64,000 nucleotides of DNA from an uncultured Clostridia bacterium. Its GTDB lineage: Bacteria; Bacillota; Clostridia; Christensenellales; CAG-314. Below are positions 16,667 to 24,219 of this stretch, one piece after another. Made by a program: the position numbers and the translations under genes. Position 1 is the first letter of the stretch, and every line of letters starts with the position of its first letter. The stretch lies in contig CALVLA010000001.1 in NCBI GenBank assembly GCA_944336125.1, positions 32,414-96,413 on the forward strand, written 5' to 3'. Below the pieces are notes generated by a model. That model had not been told where the DNA came from. It made no database searches and was given only the letters and a program-made list of their open reading frames with translations.

Positions 16667-18006
16667 ACTAAATATTGTTTCAGGTTTTCGACGTCGCCTG
16701 CTCCCACAAGCAGCACGGCGTCGTTTTTTTTGCACTTTTTTTTGAGGCAGTCGCACAGTTTAGCCAGGTTCTCGTCGTAAAACACGTTTTTACCTTTTTC
16801 TTTTGCGGCGGCAGCAAGGTCGCTGCTTTCAAAACCTTTAAGCACTTCTTCTCTCGCGGCAAAAGTGGGAATAATATGTATTTCATCGCCGTCAAGCACG
16901 TTGACGAAATCATCGAAAAGCAGTTTCGTGCGCGTGTAAGTGTGGGGCTGAAAAACCAAAAACAATTTGTTGTACCCCATTTCCTTTACGGTATTCAAAA
17001 AGCAGGCAATCTCTTTCGGATGGTGAGCGTAATCTACAATTACGTCAAAATCCCCTTTGATTACGCTACACCGCCTGTTGACCCCCTCAAAGCTTTCAAT
17101 CCCCTCTTTCAGACTTTCCAAATCCAAACCCAAAAACTCGCCTGCCGCCAACACGCACAAAGCGTTTGCGATGTTGTGCAGCCCTGCCAGCGGAAGCGAA
17201 AGCCGCAAAAGTTTTTTTCCTTTCTTTACCGCGTCAAACTCAAAAAAGCCCTTTTTGTCAACTATGTTTTGGGGATAAAAATCGTTGCTTTTTTCAAAAC
17301 CGAATTTTATGCCCTCGATGTTTTTCAAAACGGGATCGTCGCCGAAAAGTATGTTTACCCCGCCATTTTTCGTGTGTCCCAAAAACTCTTTGAATGCAGA
17401 GGAAATCTCGTCAAAATTTTTGTAACAGTCGGGATGGTCGCTGTCCACGTTAAGCACGCAGTTGACAAAAGGATGTAATGTAAGAAAAGACTTTTTGTAT
17501 TCGCATGCTTCCGCCACGCAGACGTCGCTTTTTCCGACAAGTAAGTTTGTGCGCGGATTGTTTAAAAGTCCGCCCACAAAACAAGTAGGGTCTTTTCCCG
17601 CTTTTTTTAAACACCAACTGAGCCACGCCGAAACGGTTGTTTTTCCGTGCGAACCGCTCACAGACACGCTTTGTTTAAAATCGTTGAACAGCGCTCCCAA
17701 AACCTCGTTGCGCCACACAAAAGGAACGTTTCTGCTTTTCAAAAACAAATATTCCTCGTTGTCCTCGTGTACCGCAAAATTGATGACGGCAAGATCGCAA
17801 TCCTCCGCCCCCTTTCCGCTTTGCGTAAGATCGACAAAAATACCTTTGTTTTGAACAAGCCGCACAAATTCGCCGCAGGCTTTGTCCGAGCCGCTCACTT
17901 TAATTCCCTTTTGAGCCAAATACATTGCCAAGGCAGACATGCTCACTCCGCCTACACCTACAAACCTGATATGTTTTTTTTCAAATAACAAACTTTTAGT
18001 CAGCAT
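16663..18006 (-). CDS. murC: UDP-N-acetylmuramate--L-alanine ligase
   Basis: 447 aa with the N-terminal Rossmann VGVGGVSMSALA and the Mur ligase P-loop GSHGKTT. Confidence 0.9.
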   Translation of the reverse strand: MLTKSLLFEKKHIRFVGVGGVSMSALAMYLAQKGIKVSGSDKACGEFVRLVQNKGIFVDLTQSGKGAEDCDLAVINFAVHEDNEEYLFLKSRNVPFVWRNEVLGALFNDFKQSVSVSGSHGKTTVSAWLSWCLKKAGKDPTCFVGGLLNNPRTNLLVGKSDVCVAEACEYKKSFLTLHPFVNCVLNVDSDHPDCYKNFDEISSAFKEFLGHTKNGGVNILFGDDPVLKNIEGIKFGFEKSNDFYPQNIVDKKGFFEFDAVKKGKKLLRLSLPLAGLHNIANALCVLAAGEFLGLDLESLKEGIESFEGVNRRCSVIKGDFDVIVDYAHHPKEIACFLNTVKEMGYNKLFLVFQPHTYTRTKLLFDDFVNVLDGDEIHIIPTFAAREEVLKGFESSDLAAAAKEKGKNVFYDENLAKLCDCLKKKCKKNDAVLLVGAGDVENLKQYLV

Positions 18007-18101
18007 ACAGATAAATATGCAAAAAAAACGTTAAAGTTTCAACGCCCAAAAATAAACGTAAATCAGGCGATAATTTTTTCACAATTATTTTTTAAAACAT
18101 A

Positions 18102-18130
18102 TTGAAAATGGAAAATTTTTCATATATAAT
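18102..18130 (+). promoter_or_regulatory. Sigma-A-type promoter of spoVG
   Basis: TTGAAA (18102-18107), a 17-nt spacer, TATAAT (18125-18130). Confidence 0.5.
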
Positions 18131-18154
18131 GAAAAAAAAGGCAGGTTTAGACCA

Positions 18155-18412
18155 ATGAACATTTCAGAAGTACGCATACGCAAAGTTGAGAAGGACGACA
18201 GCAAACTGAAAGCAGTAGCGTCAGTCACAATTGACAATTGCTTTGTAGTACACGACATCAAAATCATTCAGGGCGAAAGTAATTTGTTTATTGCTATGCC
18301 AAGCAAAAAGACAAAAGAAGGCGAGTACAAAGACATTGCTCATCCGATCAATCCGGAAACACGACAGGAACTGTCAGACGCCATACTTAAAGCTTTTGAA
18401 GAACAAAACTAA
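18155..18412 (+). CDS. spoVG: Septation/regulatory protein SpoVG
   Basis: 85 aa. MNISEVRIRKVEKDDSKLKAVASVTIDNCFVVHDIKIIQG is the classic SpoVG sequence. Confidence 0.95.
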   Translation: MNISEVRIRKVEKDDSKLKAVASVTIDNCFVVHDIKIIQGESNLFIAMPSKKTKEGEYKDIAHPINPETRQELSDAILKAFEEQN

Positions 18413-18430
18413 AACTGAATAAAAAATTAA

Positions 18431-18460
18431 AAGCGCCGCACAGATGTGCGGCGTTTGTAT
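18431..18460. terminator. Bidirectional terminator between spoVG and the methyltransferase gene
   Basis: Stem CGCCGCAC(18434-18441)/GTGCGGCG(18446-18453) with flanking A and T runs. Confidence 0.75.
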
Positions 18461-18465
18461 TGTAT

Positions 18466-19611
18466 TTATTCTTGGATTTTAGCCTGTTGCGGTTTAGGTC
18501 CGAGATACTGAAAAAAGCGGCATTCGAGGTTTGAGTTGAAAAGTTTTCTGTTTTTGTCTGCCTTTTTACCCAAAGCCCTTTCAAAATCGTAATAGGAAGT
18601 TATTATTCCCATGCTCCAGGTGTCCAGTTCCTCAAATTTTTTACCTAGTGAAGAATAAAGCTCCCTCACTTCTTTCTGCGAGCAAAGCCTTTCACCGTAC
18701 GGCGGATTTGAAATTATGACGCCGTACTTTTTCTTTGACGAAAAATCCTTAAAATCTCTTTGCTGAAAATGAATTTTTCCTTCAAGCCCGCAACGGCGCA
18801 TATGCCTCATTGCCTGCGACACGGCAGACTTATCTATGTCATAGCCCGCAATGGAAAGTTCCCTGTCGCAAATTTTGGACAACGCCTCTTCCCTCACTTC
18901 GTCAAAAATTTTTTTGTCAAAAAATTTCCAGTTGCAAACCGCAAAATCCCTGTTTAACGACGGAGCCATGTTAAGCCCTATCATAGCAGCCTCAATGGGC
19001 AAAGTTCCGCTTCCGCAAAACAAATCCACAAAAGGCCTGTCGGGATTCCAGACACTAAGCATAATTATTGCCGCTGCCAACGTTTCTTTAAGAGGTGCGC
19101 TTCCCACAAGGTCGCGGTATCCCCTTTTGTGCAGTCCCGCACCCGAAGTATCGATGCACACCGTCGCAACGTCGTCTTTGAGGGAAACTTCCACCTTCAT
19201 TTCGCTTCCGCTTTCCGAAAGGCGGTTAAGCCCGAATGCCTTTTGCAAATTTTCCGCAATGGCCTTTTTGGCAAGGCTTTGAATAGCGCTTACGGCGAAC
19301 AGTTTGCTGTTTACGCTTTTTGCGGCAACAACGACCCTTTGGTCGGCAGACATAAAATCTTTCCAGCAAACGGCTTTTACGCCCTCAAACAAGTCGTCGA
19401 AAGTCAAAGCGGAAAACTGCGCGATTTTTATGAGAATTCTGTCGGCTGTTCTAAGGTTTACGTTGCACCTCAACACGTCTTTGAGGGTTCCCTTGAAGGA
19501 AATCCTGCCGAAAGATGCCGGAGCGTCTCCGTATCCTAGTTTAAAAAGTTCGCGTTTTGTGACGGCTTCCACTCCTGCGGCGGAACAAGCCAAAATTTCA
19601 AAATTTTCCAT
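18466..19611 (-). CDS. THUMP-domain class I SAM-dependent RNA methyltransferase (RlmL/YpsC-like)
   Basis: 381 aa. N-terminal THUMP region, then SAM-binding DLFCGSGT and catalytic NPPYGERL. Confidence 0.85.
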   Translation of the reverse strand: MENFEILACSAAGVEAVTKRELFKLGYGDAPASFGRISFKGTLKDVLRCNVNLRTADRILIKIAQFSALTFDDLFEGVKAVCWKDFMSADQRVVVAAKSVNSKLFAVSAIQSLAKKAIAENLQKAFGLNRLSESGSEMKVEVSLKDDVATVCIDTSGAGLHKRGYRDLVGSAPLKETLAAAIIMLSVWNPDRPFVDLFCGSGTLPIEAAMIGLNMAPSLNRDFAVCNWKFFDKKIFDEVREEALSKICDRELSIAGYDIDKSAVSQAMRHMRRCGLEGKIHFQQRDFKDFSSKKKYGVIISNPPYGERLCSQKEVRELYSSLGKKFEELDTWSMGIITSYYDFERALGKKADKNRKLFNSNLECRFFQYLGPKPQQAKIQE

Positions 19612-19614
19612 AAA

Positions 19615-20541
19615 TCAAATTAAAGTCAACATGCAAATGAGAGGCACGGTAACAACGCACAAAACAGTCGACAACAGCATTGAGGTAACGCCTGCCGATG
19701 ACTCAGGAGCGTAAAGTTCCGCAAAAACAACAGTGGTAGTCGCTACAGGCATAGCCGAAGCAATAATCATGGAGTTGAACAGATTTGCATCGGAAACCCC
19801 CACCACGAGAAGGATCACCCACATTATGAGAGGCGACACAACAAGCCTCAACCCGCTTGCCGCAAAAGCCTTGCCGTCCTTGACAAGCAGTGAAAAAGGC
19901 ATATCCGCAAGACGTATGCCAACTACCGACATTGCAAGAGGCGAAGTCATCATAGACCAGTAGGACGCAAAGTCGATGACCTGCGACGGCATTTTTACGT
20001 TAAGCATAAACAGCGGAATACCTATGATTACCGAAACGACTGCAGGGTTGAGAAAAGCTTTTTTAAGGCTGACGAATTTTTTGTCGCCTGTCAGGATATA
20101 AATACCGAGTGTCCAGGACAACACGTTAAACACAACTATGTACATGGATGCGTAAAGTATTACGTATCCGTTGTCGGGAATAAGTGCTGCAAGAAACGGC
20201 AACCCGAAAAATCCGCAATTTGAAAACATCGACGCGAATTGGTAAATTTTGTCCTCCGAAAGGTTTTTCTTGTGAAATACGAAAAGAGAAACAATCCAAA
20301 CCAGAATCGTGCAAGCCACTGAAAAGGCAAGGGACAGCAAAATGTTTATGAGCAAGTCAGGCTGATATTCCAGCGTCCAAAAGCTTTTGAGCAGCATAAA
20401 CGGCTGACATACGTAAAGCAAAATAATACTTAAGGGTTTTACGGCAGAACTGCTCACCAGCTTGAATTTGGCGAGCAGAAAAGCAGGCACCCCCAATGCC
20501 AAAAGCATGAGGGTGTTTATTAAAATAGTTTCAAATGACAT
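19615..20541 (-). CDS. AEC (auxin efflux carrier) family transporter
   Basis: 308 aa with about 10 hydrophobic helices and an N-terminus typical of the AEC/YfdV family. It starts 1 nt after the upstream stop. Confidence 0.75.
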   Translation of the reverse strand: MSFETILINTLMLLALGVPAFLLAKFKLVSSSAVKPLSIILLYVCQPFMLLKSFWTLEYQPDLLINILLSLAFSVACTILVWIVSLFVFHKKNLSEDKIYQFASMFSNCGFFGLPFLAALIPDNGYVILYASMYIVVFNVLSWTLGIYILTGDKKFVSLKKAFLNPAVVSVIIGIPLFMLNVKMPSQVIDFASYWSMMTSPLAMSVVGIRLADMPFSLLVKDGKAFAASGLRLVVSPLIMWVILLVVGVSDANLFNSMIIASAMPVATTTVVFAELYAPESSAGVTSMLLSTVLCVVTVPLICMLTLI

Positions 20542-20542
20542 A

Positions 20543-21712
20543 TCAATATTTTTGAATAACCTTCTTCATCCTTTCGAGACCTTCTTTAATAACGTGTCTC
20601 GGAGTTCCTACGTTAAAACGGATAAAACCTTTACCGCCGTCGCCAAAGACGTCACCTTGTTCGACGATGATACCGCCCTTGCCGCAGTCGAAAGCGAATT
20701 TTTCCGAATCAGGCTGATAAGCGGAAACGTCAAGCCAAGCGAGATAAGTGCCGTCAGGTATGCGGTAAACTATTTTCGGCAAATTTTCGTCCAGCCACTC
20801 TTTCAAAAATTTCAAGTTACCGTCGATGTAAACCTTAACTTGATCAAGCCAGTCCTCGCTTTCGTTGTAAGCACCCAAAAGCGCGGCTATGGAAAGCGGA
20901 TTTGCACATTGACCGCCGTGAGAAGGAGCCACTTTGTTTTTAAGTTTTTCACTTGAAAAAACCATGTTGGCAATTTGCAGTCCCGCGATGTTGAAAGTTT
21001 TGGAAGGCGATACGCAAGTAATGATGTCGTAATCGGGTTTAAGTTTTGCTACTGGATGATGAACCACTCCCACTCGTGTCAAGTCGCAGTGAATTTCGTC
21101 TGAAAGCAAAATCACTCCGTACTTGTGGCACAGGTCAGCCATTTTTGAGAGTTCTTCCTCCGTCCAAACACGACCGACAGGGTTATGCGGACTGCACAGC
21201 AAAAAGATTTTGTTGTTTTCGTCGGCGAGCAATTTTTCAAGCTCATCGAAATTTATCGAATAAAAGTTATTTTCGTCTTTGACTAAGTGATTTACCGCGA
21301 GTTTTCTGTTAAGCGACCTAACAACGCGCATAAACGGAGGGTAAACAGGCTGCTGAATAATGACGCCCTCCCCTTCCTCGGAAAGTTTTTCGATAGCGAG
21401 ACGCACACCGTCCATAACGCCCTCTACGGTATAAATAAGTTTGCCGTCGAAATTCCAGCCGAAACGGCGTGAAAACCAGTCGGTTACCGATTTTCTGAAA
21501 GCAGGCGTAGCCACTTCGGTATAACCGAGAATTTTTTTGTCAAGTCTTTGCCTGATGGCCTTGTCGATATTAGGAGCCAAAGCGAAGTCCATGTCAGCGA
21601 TGGAAAATGACAGAGAATTTTCGTCGAAATAGACGTTGCCGTGGCCGCCGGACTCCCATTTTTCGGAATCCGTGCCGATTCTTTGAATAAATTCATCGAA
21701 GTTGTAAAGCAT
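20543..21712 (-). CDS. MalY/PatB-type PLP-dependent C-S lyase (cystathionine beta-lyase-like aminotransferase)
   Basis: Trimmed to ATG 21712 (GGAGG RBS), giving MLYNFDEFIQRIGTDSEKW. SPHNPVGRVW and SPSKTFNIAGL (Lys-PLP) blocks are present. Confidence 0.85.
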   Translation of the reverse strand: MLYNFDEFIQRIGTDSEKWESGGHGNVYFDENSLSFSIADMDFALAPNIDKAIRQRLDKKILGYTEVATPAFRKSVTDWFSRRFGWNFDGKLIYTVEGVMDGVRLAIEKLSEEGEGVIIQQPVYPPFMRVVRSLNRKLAVNHLVKDENNFYSINFDELEKLLADENNKIFLLCSPHNPVGRVWTEEELSKMADLCHKYGVILLSDEIHCDLTRVGVVHHPVAKLKPDYDIITCVSPSKTFNIAGLQIANMVFSSEKLKNKVAPSHGGQCANPLSIAALLGAYNESEDWLDQVKVYIDGNLKFLKEWLDENLPKIVYRIPDGTYLAWLDVSAYQPDSEKFAFDCGKGGIIVEQGDVFGDGGKGFIRFNVGTPRHVIKEGLERMKKVIQKY

Positions 21713-21837
21713 AATAGCCTCCTGAGACAAAATTATAACACAAAACATAAAAAAGCAAGCAATTTTTTAACAATTATGCTTGATAAAGTCACAAAAAAAA
21801 TGCTATAATTTGTGAAATTTTAAATTTGAGGTGGATT

Positions 21838-22821
21838 ATGACAGAAAGACAAAAGCAAGTACGCGAAACCGAAAAAGCCATCAAGTACATTAAGGAAAGA
21901 TTTGCGGCGAACTTGGCGAAGAACCTCAATCTGGAAAGAATTTCCGCGCCGTTGTTCGTCACAAGCGACAGCGGACTCAACGACAACCTCAACGGAGTTG
22001 AAAGGGTCGTAAGCTTTGACATAAAAAATATCGGCGGTTTGTCGGCAGAAGTTGTTCAGTCGCTTGCAAAATGGAAGCGCTGGGCACTTAACGAATACGG
22101 ATTTGAAGTAGGCGAAGGCTTGTATACAGATATGAATGCCATACGCCGCGACGACTATGTCGACATTACCCACTCTATTTACGTTGACCAATGGGACTGG
22201 GAAAAAGTCATTTCAAAGGAACAACGCAACGAAGAATTTTTGAAAGATACGGTAAGAAAAATCGTAGCCGCCATTGCCGACACAAACGACAGTCTTGCTG
22301 AAATCGGACAAAAGAAGATTGAAATATGCAGGGAAGTCAAGTTCATTACCACGCAGGAACTTGAAGACATGTATCCGGAGCTTGACAGCCATGCAAGAGA
22401 AAACGAAATAACAAAAAAATACAAAACGGTTTTCATCATGCAGATAGGCGACACGCTGAAAAGCGGCAAAAAGCATGACGGAAGAGCTCCTGACTACGAT
22501 GACTGGAAACTAAACGGCGACATATTCGTATGGCACGAAAAACTGGGCATGGGTCTCGAACTTTCCTCTATGGGTATCCGAGTTGACAAACAAGCGCTTC
22601 TCGAACAGCTTGAAAAAGCGCGTTGCCTTGACAGAAAACACCTGCCTTTCCACAGCATGCTTCTCGAGGACAAACTTCCTCTCACAATGGGCGGAGGCAT
22701 CGGACAATCGAGACTTTGCATGATGCTTTTGCAAAAACAACACGTAGGCGAAGTTCAGGCAAGCATCTGGCCCGAGGAAATGCGCAAGGAAACTCTTGAA
22801 AAAGGCATTTATCTTTTGTAA
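21838..22821 (+). CDS. asnA: Aspartate--ammonia ligase (asparagine synthetase A)
   Basis: The ATG at 21838 follows GAGGTGG. It shows the AsnA N-terminus (ETEKAIKYIKERF...LNLERISAPLFV) and class II aaRS-like C-terminal blocks (GGGIGQSRLCMMLL). Confidence 0.9.
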   Translation: MTERQKQVRETEKAIKYIKERFAANLAKNLNLERISAPLFVTSDSGLNDNLNGVERVVSFDIKNIGGLSAEVVQSLAKWKRWALNEYGFEVGEGLYTDMNAIRRDDYVDITHSIYVDQWDWEKVISKEQRNEEFLKDTVRKIVAAIADTNDSLAEIGQKKIEICREVKFITTQELEDMYPELDSHARENEITKKYKTVFIMQIGDTLKSGKKHDGRAPDYDDWKLNGDIFVWHEKLGMGLELSSMGIRVDKQALLEQLEKARCLDRKHLPFHSMLLEDKLPLTMGGGIGQSRLCMMLLQKQHVGEVQASIWPEEMRKETLEKGIYLL

Positions 22822-22837
22822 AAGCAATCAATAAAAA

Positions 22838-22867
22838 AAGAAAAACGCACGTAAGTGCGTTTTTTTA
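22838..22867. terminator. Bidirectional terminator between asnA and the kinase gene
   Basis: Stem ACGCAC(22845-22850)/GTGCGT(22855-22860) with an A-run and a T-run. Confidence 0.7.
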
Positions 22868-23431
22868 AATTCCCAATGATTTTCTTTTTACTATGTCCGC
22901 CTTCTCTTTAGGGTTTTGGGCCTCGAAGTAATTTTCTTCCAAAGGCAGCCACTTTTCGACAAACATTTTCAGACTTTCAGGCTGTTCGCGCTGTTCCAGC
23001 CTTTCCCTCTGCAAATCCCTGTCAATGTCCAAAAATATTTTCAGGTCATATTCAGCGCCCAGCTCATCGCAAAGACAATAGGTTCCCTCTATGACGTTGA
23101 GCTGTTTTTGCTCGCATACCACTATTTTTGTATAAAGTCCGGTCTTGCAATTGTATTTGTCGTAATCAAAAGCCATGTCGCCCTCAAGATTATTAAGCAC
23201 CTGACTGCGAAACCTTCCAACGTCAAAATTCGCAAAACCCTTTTCCTTTTTCTCCGCCCTCTGTTCCTCTGTCAAAAAAAAGTCGTCTGTATGAAACACG
23301 TTGCACTCAAACCTTTGCTTAATTTCATCGGCAAGTTTTGTCTTGCCAGCGCAGCTGCACCCGTCGATGCCCACGACGATTTTTTTGTTTTCCGCCAATA
23401 AGTCGGTAATTTCGTCAAGTATCTTATTCAT
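22865..23431 (-). CDS. Uridine-kinase/nicotinamide-riboside-kinase-like P-loop kinase
   Basis: 188 aa. The P-loop GIDGCSCAGKT is followed by HTDDFF, NVIEGTY and IFLDIDRDLQRERL, the same block order as uridine kinase and eukaryotic NRK1 (SGKTT...QDDFF...IIEG). It overlaps the S-component gene by 8 nt. Confidence 0.6.
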   Translation of the reverse strand: MNKILDEITDLLAENKKIVVGIDGCSCAGKTKLADEIKQRFECNVFHTDDFFLTEEQRAEKKEKGFANFDVGRFRSQVLNNLEGDMAFDYDKYNCKTGLYTKIVVCEQKQLNVIEGTYCLCDELGAEYDLKIFLDIDRDLQRERLEQREQPESLKMFVEKWLPLEENYFEAQNPKEKADIVKRKSLGI

Positions 23432-23993
23432 TTTTGTTTTTGAAAGAGATAACCCCCGCTTTAACCATAATCAACAGCACTCCGCCGACAATGACGAAAG
23501 CGCAAACTATCGAAGGCCAGCCGTTGACAAACATCGACGAAACGTAAGCGTCAAAAGAATAGCTGCCCCCCTGCAATGCGTAAAGAATTATGTTTGCCAC
23601 ACCCAAAACAAGTCTGCCGCCAAGCATCGCCAAAAGCAAGGCAAACACAAAATGCATCTTATCCTTTAAAAGACCTGTGAGATAGCCGTAAACAAGCATT
23701 TCAAAAGCCATACCTACAGCCGTAGGATAAATGGGCGGCATAGTGAAAATAAGGCTTGAAATCAACGGCATCAAAAAGCCGCACAAAGCGCCGTATCTTT
23801 TTCCGCAAACAAATCCGCACATAAGAACAAACACGTGCATAGGAGAAATTCTGACTCCCAGCGCCTGCTGTCCTATCAGGTGAAAAATTTGCGGCGCAAA
23901 AATACCGCAAGCCAAAAAGCCAAAAAACAAAACCAATTCTTTAGTAAGCCACTCGGCTTTGACTTTTGCGCGCGAAGAATGATTGTCTTCCAT
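23424..23993 (-). CDS. ECF transporter substrate-specific (S) component, substrate unknown
   Basis: 189 aa with about 6 TM helices. The SPMHVFVLMCGFVCG...PLISSL...MAFEMLVYGY pattern is typical of ECF S components. GGAGG RBS. No ECF A/T genes are nearby. Confidence 0.7.
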   Translation of the reverse strand: MEDNHSSRAKVKAEWLTKELVLFFGFLACGIFAPQIFHLIGQQALGVRISPMHVFVLMCGFVCGKRYGALCGFLMPLISSLIFTMPPIYPTAVGMAFEMLVYGYLTGLLKDKMHFVFALLLAMLGGRLVLGVANIILYALQGGSYSFDAYVSSMFVNGWPSIVCAFVIVGGVLLIMVKAGVISFKNKNE

Positions 23994-24013
23994 TTTTACC
24001 TCCGTGTGGCAAA

Positions 24014-24042
24014 ATTATATTATAGTTCGCCCGATTCGTCAA
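24014..24042 (-). promoter_or_regulatory. Sigma-A-type promoter of the S-component/kinase pair
   Basis: On the minus strand, TTGACG (24042-24037), a 17-nt spacer, TATAAT (24019-24014). The leader is too short for a riboswitch. Confidence 0.5.
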
Positions 24043-24127
24043 CCCGCAAAACAAATCGTCAATGAGCGGTACAGACAAAACCTTCCGACCAAATTGTCAA
24101 CTCGCAAGCCACACACAACAAAAAGCA

Positions 24128-24158
24128 AAATAAAAAGGCGCGTACAAGACGCGCCTTT
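24128..24158 (-). terminator. Rho-independent terminator after the lipoprotein gene
   Basis: Stem AGGCGCGT(24136-24143)/ACGCGCCT(24149-24156), then TTTTTATTTT on the minus strand. Confidence 0.8.
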
Positions 24159-24219
24159 GTTATTTGGTTTTAGTCACAGCCCCTGAGCATTGAGCCGGAC
24201 CCTAGTCACAAACGACTAA

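Noticed and set aside
24170-24219. A direct repeat of TAGTCACA (two copies 27 nt apart) and a small TAGTC/GACTA hairpin just after the lipoprotein stop. I considered a small RNA or a preQ1-type element.
   Set aside because: It lies in the 3' UTR before the terminator. It shows no convincing conserved riboswitch core, and 8-bp repeats at this spacing can arise by chance.
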